DNA of 64,000 bases from Thermoanaerobaculia bacterium (GTDB taxonomy: Bacteria > Acidobacteriota > Thermoanaerobaculia > Multivoradales > UBA5704), in assembly GCA_035266085.1 (NCBI GenBank), contig DATFNZ010000118.1, forward strand, positions 692 through 64,691, given 5' to 3'. Below, piece after piece: positions 55,267-64,000 of this stretch. The position numbers and the translations under genes are program-made. Below the pieces are notes generated by a model. The model saw nothing but the letters and a program-made list of their open reading frames with translations, was not told the DNA's origin and searched no databases. The stretch's first letter is position 1, and the number at the start of each line of letters is the position of its first letter.

Positions 55267-55757
55267 AGACCGCCGAAACTTTGGAAGTCACGACGCCCAC
55301 GGAGCGGGAGATCGTGATGACGCGCTCCTTCGACGCGCCGCGCCGCCTCGTTTTCGACGCCTGGACGAAGCCCGAGCTGGTGAAGCGTTGGCTGCTCGGC
55401 CCCCCCGGGTGGACGATGCCCGTCTGCGAGATCGATTTAAAGGTGGGCGGCCGCTATCGCTACGTATGGCGCAACCAGGAGGGAACGGAAATGGGCCTGG
55501 GTGGCGTCCATCTCGAAATCGAGGCGCCGGAGCGGATCGTCTCCACGCAATTGTTCGACGAGGATTGGACCGGCGGCGAGACCGTGGTGACGCTCGTGCT
55601 CACCGAGCGGGACGGCAAGACGACGGTCACGGAAACGGTGCTCTATTCATCGCGGGAGGTCCGCGACGCCGCGCTCAAGACCGGCATGGCGGACGGCGTG
55701 GGTACGAGCTTCGACCGGCTCGAGGCGCTGCTCGCGGAGCCGTCGGCGTCGGCATAA
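55263..55757 (+). CDS. SRPBCC (AHSA1/START-like) family protein
   Basis: ATGA overlap with the arsR-like gene. The ArsR + SRPBCC pairing is typical. FDAPRRLVFDAWTKPELVKRW. Confidence 0.8.
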   Translation: MKTAETLEVTTPTEREIVMTRSFDAPRRLVFDAWTKPELVKRWLLGPPGWTMPVCEIDLKVGGRYRYVWRNQEGTEMGLGGVHLEIEAPERIVSTQLFDEDWTGGETVVTLVLTERDGKTTVTETVLYSSREVRDAALKTGMADGVGTSFDRLEALLAEPSASA

Positions 55758-56521
55758 TGACAACTCCCATGCCTGCCAAGAGCAGATCGATCAAGTCATC
55801 GATCAAGGCATCTCCTCCTGGAGCGCAGCGGCCGCTCCAGGAGGAGGTGCAGGCGGCCCTCTCGTGGCTCGAGCAGAACAGCACCCTACAGGATCGCGAG
55901 AACCTCGCGCGGTTTGGCATCACCGCGAACAAGGCGTTTGGCGTGTCGGTGGCGAACATCCAGGTTTTGGGCAAGCTTCTCGGGCGCAGCCACGAGCTCG
56001 CCGCCGCCCTCTGGGACACCGGCTGGTACGAGGCCCGGATGCTGACCTCGTTCGTCGACGAGCCGGCGCGCGTCACACCCGAGCAGATGGACCGCTGGTG
56101 CCGGGACTTCGACAACTGGGGCATCTGCGACACCTTGTGCTTTCACCTGTTCGACCGTACGCCGCACGCCTGGGCCAAGGTCGCGCAGTGGAGCGGCGAG
56201 AGCGACGAGTTCGTCAAGCGTGCGGCCTTCGCGCTGCTCGCCAGCCTCGCCGGGCACGACAAGAGGGCCACCGACGAGCCGTTCCTCGAGAGCCTGCCGT
56301 TGATCGAACGTGCCGCCACGGACGAACGGAACTTCGTCAAGAAGGGGGTGAGCTGGGCCCTGCGCCGGGTCGGCAGGCGCAACGCCGCGCTCAACGCCGC
56401 CGCGGTGACGGTGGCCCGGCGCCTTGCGGACTCACCGCAGGCCGCGGCGCGCTGGGTGGGGAAAGACGCGTTCAAGGAGCTCACGAGTCCCGCGGTGCTC
56501 CAGCGGCTCTCGGCGCGCTGA
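55757..56521 (+). CDS. DNA alkylation repair protein (AlkD-like HEAT repeat)
   Basis: WYEARMLTSFVDEP, DNWGICDTLC and FVKKGVSWALR are typical of the family. TAATG overlap with the upstream gene. Confidence 0.8.
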   Translation: MTTPMPAKSRSIKSSIKASPPGAQRPLQEEVQAALSWLEQNSTLQDRENLARFGITANKAFGVSVANIQVLGKLLGRSHELAAALWDTGWYEARMLTSFVDEPARVTPEQMDRWCRDFDNWGICDTLCFHLFDRTPHAWAKVAQWSGESDEFVKRAAFALLASLAGHDKRATDEPFLESLPLIERAATDERNFVKKGVSWALRRVGRRNAALNAAAVTVARRLADSPQAAARWVGKDAFKELTSPAVLQRLSAR

Positions 56522-56590
56522 TCGGGCTTTGACGAGGATCAGGAACCAGCGTAGAGTAGATCGCCCGTCTACCTTTCCCGAAGGAGAGAG

Positions 56591-57307
56591 ATGAAAGTGA
56601 CCATGGAACACCCCCACAGGTCGGTGCGTGCGTTCTTCTTGCTGGCGGGATGCTGGCTTGCTTTTGGGAGCGCTCACCCGGCAAGAGGGGCTGCCGATGA
56701 GCCTTCCGAGACCCTCTCCCTTGCCGCCTGCCAGCGCTACGCCACTCAGCACTATCAGCAGGCCAGTCCAGCGCACTTTGCTTCCATTCAACTGCTGGAA
56801 GAGGATGTAACCAAGGAAAAGTACGAGAAGAAGGTGGGCGGTCAACTGATCGGCACGGTGCTTTCCGGTCATGGCCTTTGGAAGGACAAAGCTGGCGGGT
56901 CATCGAATGTCCGCTTTATCTGTTTGCTGGAAACTCCCGATAAGACCGTCTTTGTTCATGTTATGAAGGATGGGCCCGGGGATCCGGTGGATGTGTGTTG
57001 GGATGGTTTTGAACCCGGCGAATGGGGCAAGATGACCCAATGCCTGCAAGGTTCCCTGAAACGGGAAGAGGCTGCCCTGGCGGCTTTGCTGGCGAAGGCC
57101 ACTCAGCAGGCAGGACAATCCATGGACAAGCTTTCCGCCAAGAAGACCCTGCAAGAGAGCAACGTCCGGTGGATCAAATACCGGGACAGTGAGTGCGATC
57201 GCAGGCAAGCCTTCGTGGCAGGCCGCAACCACCCGGATATTGGTGAGCTCACCTGCAAAATTCGCAAAACGGCTGAGCGAATCACTGATATGAAATTTGA
57301 CGAGTAG
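56591..57307 (+). CDS. Secreted protein with a C-terminal DUF1311 (LprI-like) domain, lower GC
   Basis: Signal FFLLAGCWLAFGSAHPARG. C-terminal QESNVRWIKYRDSECD...ELTCKIRKTAERI. Confidence 0.7.
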   Translation: MKVTMEHPHRSVRAFFLLAGCWLAFGSAHPARGAADEPSETLSLAACQRYATQHYQQASPAHFASIQLLEEDVTKEKYEKKVGGQLIGTVLSGHGLWKDKAGGSSNVRFICLLETPDKTVFVHVMKDGPGDPVDVCWDGFEPGEWGKMTQCLQGSLKREEAALAALLAKATQQAGQSMDKLSAKKTLQESNVRWIKYRDSECDRRQAFVAGRNHPDIGELTCKIRKTAERITDMKFDE

Positions 57308-57558
57308 GATGCCGACACCGCCCGGGCATCAATGCCATGCATTCCACACATCGGGCTTTCGGGCCGTTCTGCCCTCCGGCGACCTCACCCCTGCCCCTCT
57401 CCTAAAGGAGAGGGATCTCATGGCAAAACGTTTCGGGACTAGCCATCCCTCTCCTTTAGGAGAGGGACCGAGGGTGAGGTTTCGGAGGGCATGCCGCCTC
57501 CAAGGGCAAGTAATGTGTGGAATGGCATGGCATTGATGCCCGGGCGGTGTCGGCGTCC
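57307..57558. repeat. Nested palindrome: ~45-bp outer inverted arms enclosing a copy of the 106-bp MITE-like element
   Basis: The outer arms 57307-57351 and 57513-57558 are near-perfect reverse complements. The inner 57378-57485 matches 32398-32503 in inverted orientation. A partial third copy lies at 57598-57636. Confidence 0.85.
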
Positions 57559-57707
57559 TGTTTCTCGTCTCTATGTGCTCGCCCGCCGAGCTGACAGAGC
57601 TAAAGGAGAGGGATCTGGGGCAGGGGTGAGGCCGCCCTGACATGAGCTGGAAGACACGGGTGCGCCGGGCGTAGTATTTTCGTCTTTCCGGTTGATCGAC
57701 GACCCGG

Positions 57708-60700
57708 ATGGAAAGGGTCTCCACGGTGGCGCGCACGACGGTTTTCCTGTTTGCCTTTCTCGTTTCAGGGCTGACGGCCTTCCCGGGCGGAGCCCTGACC
57801 GAGCGCCCCGAGGTGTCCTGGTCGCTCCATCGACGGGAGCTGGGCTTCTTCGACTGGCGCTCGCGGCTGGTGCTGGGGCCGGGCGGCGAAGGATGGATCG
57901 GCGGCGCGGCCATCCCCGGCGCGCCCGGCGGACGGCTCTACCGCTGGCTCGACGGCGAGTGGGTGGACTGGCGGACCGCCCCGGACCACGCCGACCGCAC
58001 GTTCGTGCTCGACGTCGATCCTGCCGGCGTCCTCTGGCTCTGCGCCTACTCGCCCACGGACGAGTCCACCTATGGCGGGCTGCGCGTCCGGCGCTACGAC
58101 GGACGGCGCTGGCGGGAGGACCTGGTGGCGCCGGGAATCTGGCCCCAGGCCATGGACATGGTCTCTCCCGGCGAGGGCTGGATCGGCGGCAATCACGGCA
58201 ACCTGCTGCACTACACCGGCGGGCGGTGGCGGCTGGAGACGCTGGAGTTGGACAAGGCGGCGCGCGAGGGGCTGAACATCCTGGCCCTGAAGATGGCCGG
58301 CTCCGAGGACGGATGGCTGGCGGGGCGGCAGGGCCTGGTGGCCCGCTACCGGCAGGGCCGCTGGCGGGTCATCCCCGTGCCGGCGGCCATGAGGACGGTG
58401 ATCTTCTACGACCTCGACGTGACCGCCGACGGCCACCTCTGGGTCGTGGGAAGCGACGGCTTCATCGGCCGCTACGACGGCGCGCGCTGGCAGCGCTTCG
58501 AGAGCCCCAGGCCGTTCGATCTCAAGGGCGTGGACATCGTCTCGGCCCGCGACGGCTGGGCGGTGGGGGACTCGGGCACGATCCTGCGCTGGGACGGGAA
58601 GGTCTGGCGGCAGCAGGTCTCTCCCACCCTCTCCGACCTCTACAGCGTCGCCATGACGTCCCCGGAGGACGGCTGGATCGTCTCCAACGGCACCATCCTG
58701 CGCGCCTCGGCGCCGAGCCGCCCCCGGCTGCGGGACGCCTCGCCGCAGAGCCGTTACTCCTTCGCCCGGCAGCCCGCCCGCCAGGCCGCGGCCGTCGACG
58801 TGGACGGAGATGGCGACCTCGACCTGTTCTCCATGCACGGCGCGTCGCTGCACCTGTTCGCCAACCGGGGGCCGGAAGGCTTCTACGAGGTGCCCGGGCT
58901 CCGTGAGCCGGGGCAGTCCATCCTCCAGGGCTTCTCCTGGGGGGACGTCGAAGGCGACGGCGACCTCGATCTGCTGGTGCTGGGCCGCAGCCCCGGAGCG
59001 GTGTGGCTCTACCGCAACGAGGGACGGCTGCGGTTCGCCGCTCCCGAGGCGCTCCCCGTGGGGCCGCTCGGCGGCACGGACTCGGCGGTGCTGGTCGACC
59101 TGGACCGCGACGGCCACCTGGACCTCTACCTGGCCCGCAGCGCCAACGCCGCCCGCATGGCCAATCTCGTCTACCGCAACGACGGCACCGGCCGGTTTCA
59201 CCTGGCCGACGCCACCACCGGCGCGGCGGGGCTCGAGATGATCACGCTCTGGGGCGACCTCGACGGCGACCTCGATCTGGACGCCGTCCTGCCGGGCAAC
59301 GGCAACGAGGTGCGGCTGCTGCTTGGCGACGATGGTCGCCTGCGGGACGCCACCGCCGGCTCGGGGCTGGAGGGCGCCTTCGGCGACGGCCAGATGTTCG
59401 AGGGCGGGATCGTCGATCTGGACCTGGACGGCGACCTGGACCTCCTGCTGCTGGGCGACCGGCTCTACGTCTTCCTCAACGACGGCCGGGCCCGCTTCCG
59501 GCCCGCCGGCGGGCTGTTCGAGCCGGTGGCGAACAATCCGGCCATCGCCAGCTTCCTGAGCGGTGCCGGCGACCTCGACCACGACGGCTATCCGGAGATC
59601 CTCCTCCAGTCCGTGACGGCAGGCCGCCGCGTGCTGCACCTGTTCTCGCGCGGTGCGGACGGCCGCTACCACGACATCGCGGCCCGCGCCGGACTGGCGG
59701 ACGTGACGGGGAGCGCCGCCGTTTTCGCCGACTGGGATGGCGACGGCGACCTCGATCTCTACATCGCCGGCGAGGAGGGCGGGTATCTGTTCGAGAACCT
59801 CCAGGACGACTCGGGTTACCTGAAGCTCCGCCTCTACGGCGACCGCAGCAACCGCTCGGCCGTCGGCGCGCGGGTGCGGATCTACGACGCCGGGCACCTC
59901 GGGGAAGCACTCTTCCTGCGCGGCCACCAGCAGCTCGGGTCGGGCTTCAATCCCGCCGGGATGCCGGGCCTGAGCGCCTTGCACTTCGGGCTCGACGCCC
60001 GCCGCCGCTACGATCTGGAGGTCACCTTCCCGAGCGGGCAGCGGGTGGTGGAGCGGCAGGTGCGCCCCGGGCAGGCCCTGGACGTCCACGAGAGCCCGCC
60101 GGGCCTCCGGCACCTGCGGCTCGGCGGGCGTTGGCTGCGTTTCGCCTGGCACACCGCCGATCTCCGCCGGGAAGCCGCCAAGCTCGCTCTGGTCCTCCTC
60201 GCGATCGCGCTGTGGCGCTGGGGGGCGGCCCGCCATCTCGGGGCCTCTCTGCTGGTGCGCCGTTGGAGCCTGACGGCGGGGCTCCTCGGCGTCTACCTGC
60301 TCACCGCCGGTTGCCTGGCGACGGACCACCGCCTGTCGTCCCACGGCTTCCACCTGCTGGGCTTCGCGGGCGCGCTGTCGCTGCTGACCCTGGTGGACCG
60401 CCGGCTCAGCTTCTGGAAGCTCTCCCGCTACCTGGGGCCGTACCGCCTGCTGGAGCCGCTGGGAGAGGGCGGGATGGGGGTGGTCTACCGCGCGCGCCAC
60501 GTGGTGACGGGGCGCGAGGTGGCGCTCAAGGTGCTGCATCCGCGCATGACGGAAGAGGAAGAGCACCGTCTCCGCTTCCTGCGCGAGGCGCGGATCCTGA
60601 CCGGACTGGAGCATCCCAATATCGTGAAAGTGTTCGAGACCGGCGAGGTCGGCGGCCGGGGCTACATCAGCATGGAGCTGCTGGACGGCGAGTCGCTGCG

Positions 60701-61505
60701 CCGGCTGGTGGCGCGGCGCGGGCCGCTGCCGCTCGAAGCCGTGCGGGCGATCCTGGCGGCGGCCTGCGACGCCCTCTCCTACGTCCACCGCGGCGGCATC
60801 GTCCACCGCGACGTGAAGAGCGACAACCTGTTCATCCTGCAATCCGAGGGGGAGACCGCGGGGGATGGCGACGGCTGGCGCCGGCGGGTCCGGCTCACCG
60901 ACTTCGGCCTGGCCCGCTCCAGCGGCATGAACACGCTGACGGTCCCCAGGGGGCTCCTCGGGACTCTGGCCTACATGCCGCCGGAGCAGCTCCGGGGCCA
61001 GACGCTGGACGCCCGCTCTGACCTCTACTCGCTGGGCGCCCTGGCCTTCGAGGCCCTCACCGGCCGGCTCCCCTTCGAGGCGGAGGACGAGGGCTCCCTG
61101 CTGGCCCGCATCCAGACCGGCGAGCCGGCCAGCCTCCGGCGGCTGCGGCCCGAGGTCCCCGAGGACCTGGCGCGTCTGGTGGAGTGGATGCTGGCCCGCG
61201 ACCCGCGCGACCGCCCCGCCTCGGCGGAGGAGCTCGCCGCCGCCCTGTCCGGAGCGCCGCGCGGCACCCCGGCGGAGCCCGGCGGCGCTACCCTCGAGAT
61301 GTCCGCGGAATGGCAGCGGCTTTTTCACGAGGCGCGGCAGTGTCTTGAGGACGGCCGGACCACGGAGGCCCAGGTGCTCCTCGTGAAATCCTTGGCGGAG
61401 CTGAAGCGGATATTGATCCCACTGGATCCCGAGCAGCAGGAGCTTTATTGCCGGCAGCACGGCGTGCCGGCGGTGCTGGAGCTCATGGAGGAGAGAAGAG
61501 CATGA
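57708..61505 (+). CDS. Giant sensor Ser/Thr protein kinase: signal peptide, Ycf48/BNR-like propeller, FG-GAP/VCBS plus ASPIC/UnbV (CRTAC1-like) region, 3 TM, and a C-terminal Hanks kinase
   Basis: Repeats GWIGG..GxLLHYxGGRW. VDVDGDGDLDL-type FG-GAP repeats. UnbV-like NRSAVGARVRIY...LHFGLD...VTFPSG. Kinase motifs GEGGMGVVY, ALK, HRDVKSDN, DFGLAR, GTLAYMPPE. Confidence 0.9.
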   Translation: MERVSTVARTTVFLFAFLVSGLTAFPGGALTERPEVSWSLHRRELGFFDWRSRLVLGPGGEGWIGGAAIPGAPGGRLYRWLDGEWVDWRTAPDHADRTFVLDVDPAGVLWLCAYSPTDESTYGGLRVRRYDGRRWREDLVAPGIWPQAMDMVSPGEGWIGGNHGNLLHYTGGRWRLETLELDKAAREGLNILALKMAGSEDGWLAGRQGLVARYRQGRWRVIPVPAAMRTVIFYDLDVTADGHLWVVGSDGFIGRYDGARWQRFESPRPFDLKGVDIVSARDGWAVGDSGTILRWDGKVWRQQVSPTLSDLYSVAMTSPEDGWIVSNGTILRASAPSRPRLRDASPQSRYSFARQPARQAAAVDVDGDGDLDLFSMHGASLHLFANRGPEGFYEVPGLREPGQSILQGFSWGDVEGDGDLDLLVLGRSPGAVWLYRNEGRLRFAAPEALPVGPLGGTDSAVLVDLDRDGHLDLYLARSANAARMANLVYRNDGTGRFHLADATTGAAGLEMITLWGDLDGDLDLDAVLPGNGNEVRLLLGDDGRLRDATAGSGLEGAFGDGQMFEGGIVDLDLDGDLDLLLLGDRLYVFLNDGRARFRPAGGLFEPVANNPAIASFLSGAGDLDHDGYPEILLQSVTAGRRVLHLFSRGADGRYHDIAARAGLADVTGSAAVFADWDGDGDLDLYIAGEEGGYLFENLQDDSGYLKLRLYGDRSNRSAVGARVRIYDAGHLGEALFLRGHQQLGSGFNPAGMPGLSALHFGLDARRRYDLEVTFPSGQRVVERQVRPGQALDVHESPPGLRHLRLGGRWLRFAWHTADLRREAAKLALVLLAIALWRWGAARHLGASLLVRRWSLTAGLLGVYLLTAGCLATDHRLSSHGFHLLGFAGALSLLTLVDRRLSFWKLSRYLGPYRLLEPLGEGGMGVVYRARHVVTGREVALKVLHPRMTEEEEHRLRFLREARILTGLEHPNIVKVFETGEVGGRGYISMELLDGESLRRLVARRGPLPLEAVRAILAAACDALSYVHRGGIVHRDVKSDNLFILQSEGETAGDGDGWRRRVRLTDFGLARSSGMNTLTVPRGLLGTLAYMPPEQLRGQTLDARSDLYSLGALAFEALTGRLPFEAEDEGSLLARIQTGEPASLRRLRPEVPEDLARLVEWMLARDPRDRPASAEELAAALSGAPRGTPAEPGGATLEMSAEWQRLFHEARQCLEDGRTTEAQVLLVKSLAELKRILIPLDPEQQELYCRQHGVPAVLELMEERRA

Positions 61506-63055
61506 CGAGCCGGCCAGGATCGGGATTCCTGGATTCCCTCGAAGAGGCGCAGAGGAAGGGCGTCGAGAGCCTGGGCCGCAAGGCCCTGGCCCTGGAGCGC
61601 CTGCTGGCGATCAGCCAGGAGATCGCGACCCTCGACCTGCAGACGGCGCTGCGCCGCATCCTGCATCACGTCCTGGAGCTGACCCGCGCCGGCCGTGGCG
61701 CCCTGATGCTGGCCGACGAGGACGGCGGTTTGCGAGTCGAGATGGCGGTGAACCTGGATCAGGAAGAGCTGGCCGGCGAGGGCTTCGCCTTCAGCCGCTC
61801 CGTGGCCGGGCAGGCTCTGGCCACCGGCGAGGTGATCGTCGTCGAGGACGCTCCGGCGTCGCGGCACGGCGACCGCAACAGCATCGTGGCGCTGGGCCTG
61901 AAGGCCCTTCTGGCCATTCCGCTGAAGGCCCGCGAGCGGAACCTGGGGGTGATCTACCTCGACACCGACTCGCCGCGCCACGGCCTGCACGGCCTGGACC
62001 GCTCGGTGCTCTCGGCGTTCGGCTCCCAGGCCGCCATCGCGCTCGAGAACGCCCGGCTCTACGGGCAGCTCCAGGACGACTACTTCCTGCTGCGCCGCTC
62101 CGTCGAGGAGTCGTTCCGGTTCGACAACATCCTTTACCGCAGCCCGTCGATGCACCGGGTCTGCCAGGCGATTCGCCAGGTGGCGGGGAGCGGCGTCACG
62201 GTGCTGATCCAGGGCGAGACCGGCACGGGCAAGGAGCTGGTGGCCCACTCCATCCACTTCAACAGCCTGCGCAAGGGCGGGCGCTTCCTCGGCCAGAACG
62301 CCGGCGCCCTGCCGGACACCCTGCTCGAGAGCGAGCTGTTCGGCCATCGCCGGGGCGCCTTCTCCGGCGCCCTGGAGAACAAGATGGGGCTCTTCGAGGC
62401 AGCCGACGGCGGCACCGTCTTCCTCGACGAGATCGGCGAGGCCTCGCCGGCCTTCCAGGTGCGCCTGCTGCGACTGCTGGAGACCGGCGCCTTCCGGAGG
62501 GTAGGGGAGACGGCCGACCGCCGCGCCGACGTCCGCGTCCTCGCCGCCACCCACCGCGACCTGGAGGAGGAGGTGCGGGCCGGCCGCTTCCGCTCCGACC
62601 TGTTCTACCGGCTGAGCGTTTTCCCCATCCGGCTGCCGCCGCTGCGGGACCGGCGGGAGGACATCGAGCCGCTGGTCCACCACTTCGTCGAGCGCTTCAA
62701 CCGCGAGTTGGGCCGGTCGGTGCGCACCGTGCGCCGAGAGACCCTGACGGCCTTGCTGGCCCGCGACTGGCCCGGCAACGTGCGCGAGTTGCAGAACGTG
62801 GTGCAGCGTCTGGTGCTGCTGTCGCCGGGAGAGGAGCTGGCGGAGTTGGACGAGAGCGCGGCCGGAGGGACTGCCTCGCCGATTACCATGCCGTCAGAGG
62901 GCCTCTCTACACGCACGCTGGAGGCCGTGGAGCGCGACCATATCGTCCGCGTCCTCGCGCAGGTGGGAGGCAACCAGTCCGAGGCCGCCCGTATCCTGGG
63001 CCTCAAGCGCGGCACCCTGCGCTGGCGTTTGAAGAAGCTGGGTGTCCAGCCGTAG
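61502..63055 (+). CDS. GAF-domain sigma-54-dependent (NtrC/Fis-family) transcriptional activator
   Basis: ATGA overlap with the kinase stop. Walker A GETGTGKE, a GAFSGA loop, Walker B FLDEIGE, an R-finger region, and the C-terminal Fis HTH NQSEAARILGLKRGTLRWRLKKLG. Confidence 0.92.
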   Translation: MTSRPGSGFLDSLEEAQRKGVESLGRKALALERLLAISQEIATLDLQTALRRILHHVLELTRAGRGALMLADEDGGLRVEMAVNLDQEELAGEGFAFSRSVAGQALATGEVIVVEDAPASRHGDRNSIVALGLKALLAIPLKARERNLGVIYLDTDSPRHGLHGLDRSVLSAFGSQAAIALENARLYGQLQDDYFLLRRSVEESFRFDNILYRSPSMHRVCQAIRQVAGSGVTVLIQGETGTGKELVAHSIHFNSLRKGGRFLGQNAGALPDTLLESELFGHRRGAFSGALENKMGLFEAADGGTVFLDEIGEASPAFQVRLLRLLETGAFRRVGETADRRADVRVLAATHRDLEEEVRAGRFRSDLFYRLSVFPIRLPPLRDRREDIEPLVHHFVERFNRELGRSVRTVRRETLTALLARDWPGNVRELQNVVQRLVLLSPGEELAELDESAAGGTASPITMPSEGLSTRTLEAVERDHIVRVLAQVGGNQSEAARILGLKRGTLRWRLKKLGVQP

Positions 63056-63079
63056 ACAGCCTTCGGAGATCCTGGAAGC

Positions 63080-64000
63080 TCAGGGCAAGGTCAGCCAGCG
63101 GCCGATGATGTCGCCGGCGTCGACGTTGGTCGGCCCTCTCTGCCAGACCACCAGGAAGTCGCCGGACGGCCCTGCGGCGGCGGCAGGAGCCTGATCCGGC
63201 CCCGGCCCGGTGCTCACCTGGAGCTCGGCGCCACGGGCCGCCCCCGAAGCTTCGAAGAAGCGGCCCCGGATGCTGGGACTCGCGGAGTCCTGGCAACAGC
63301 TCCAGACCACCAGGAAGCGGCCGTCCTCGTCCATGGCCACTGCGGTCCCGAACGCCGGCCGGCCGTTGCTCACGAAGATGGGCCGGCGCAAGGTACCCCC
63401 CTGCGCTCCCGACGGCGAGTAGAGCCGGGCGAAGACTCCCTGATGCGTGGCCCAGGCCACGACGAAGTCGCCCTGATCGTTGCCCGCCAGGACCGCGCCG
63501 CTCGAGCTCCTCGAAATCTTGAACGAGGAGCCCAGCGGCTTCGCAACGGCGTTGAAGCGCCGGCCGTAGATCCCGCTGCCGTCCGACCAGACGACGACGA
63601 AGCTCCCCGTGGCGTCCATCGCCACCCGGATCGAGAAGATGGTGGTGGTGACGGGATTCCCGGTCACCGAGAACGCCCGTCCAACCCTGAGGCCTGCAGC
63701 ATCGAAGCGCTGGCCGCGGATTCCTCCCACGGACCCCACGACGACGGAGTTGCCTCGTTCATTCGAGGCCACGGCCGGCTCCGTCGGGCTGAGCTGGGTC
63801 GGCCCCGCCACCCCCCGGCCCTGGTCGTCGAAGCGCCGCGCCAGCGAAGGTCTGGAATTGCGGGCGTCCTCGTTGCCCCACACCACGGAGAAGCCCCGGC
63901 TGTCCAGCGACGCGGAGACGTTACCGAGGTATTGGCCCGTCCCGGAGCCGACCTGGAAGTCGTTCCCGCGGGGCTGCCCGTTCAGGTCGAAGCGCCTGCC
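63080..64000 (-). CDS. Repeat protein (about 50-aa units: G.FVVVW....G....I.GRRFD..G...G..F.V), 5'-partial at the window edge
   Basis: At least 6 tandem units are visible. The frame stays open to position 64000, with the same repeat (GRRFDLNGQPRGNDFQV). Confidence 0.75.
   Translation of the reverse strand, partial: GRRFDLNGQPRGNDFQVGSGTGQYLGNVSASLDSRGFSVVWGNEDARNSRPSLARRFDDQGRGVAGPTQLSPTEPAVASNERGNSVVVGSVGGIRGQRFDAAGLRVGRAFSVTGNPVTTTIFSIRVAMDATGSFVVVWSDGSGIYGRRFNAVAKPLGSSFKISRSSSGAVLAGNDQGDFVVAWATHQGVFARLYSPSGAQGGTLRRPIFVSNGRPAFGTAVAMDEDGRFLVVWSCCQDSASPSIRGRFFEASGAARGAELQVSTGPGPDQAPAAAAGPSGDFLVVWQRGPTNVDAGDIIGRWLTLP

Overview
High-GC bacterial chromosomal segment. The mix of Tat and lipoprotein signals, beta-helix/IPTL-CTERM secreted proteins and a Ser/Thr kinase with a sigma-54 activator suggests an Acidobacteriota- or Myxococcota-like organism, but this taxonomy is inference only. 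I call about 65 protein-coding genes. I saw no rRNA, tRNA or CRISPR array by eye.

Backbone genes:
- a Tat-signal amidase, msrA and a large S8 protease
- a potA..potBCD polyamine ABC operon and an MMPL/RND exporter
- an ECF sigma / anti-sigma / Spy-like / MacA / MacB-permease cluster
- dps, two CMD/AhpD-like proteins, a HIT protein, a P450 and a sulfatase
- an ArsR-SRPBCC pair and an AlkD-like repair protein
- a giant sensor Ser/Thr kinase translationally coupled to a GAF sigma-54 activator

Accessory, visibly lower-GC patches carry an MNT/HEPN module plus an orphan HEPN gene, three VapBC/Phd-PIN toxin-antitoxin pairs, a phage-type M15 endolysin, orphan secreted proteins and several dispersed palindromic repeat families.

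Most interesting observations:
1. 38155-45745: a translationally coupled SNF2 helicase, Mre11/SbcD-like nuclease and Rad50/SbcC-like ATPase operon, set in a TA-rich island. I do not recognise it as any described system.
2. 1221-1760: about 27 perfectly phased 20-bp palindromic units in a non-coding array.
3. 37051: an in-frame TGA exactly at the second Cys of the CxxC motif of a CMD/AhpD-like gene, making it a candidate selenoprotein.
4. 20491-21713: an MNT/HEPN cassette inserted inside the pot operon.
5. 24697-28347: two unrelated cargo cassettes bounded by the same left and right flanks.

CDS coordinates follow the supplied ORF track, with start codons refined by eye. Coordinates of non-coding features were counted by hand and may be off by 1-2 nt. 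No searches or computations were run.
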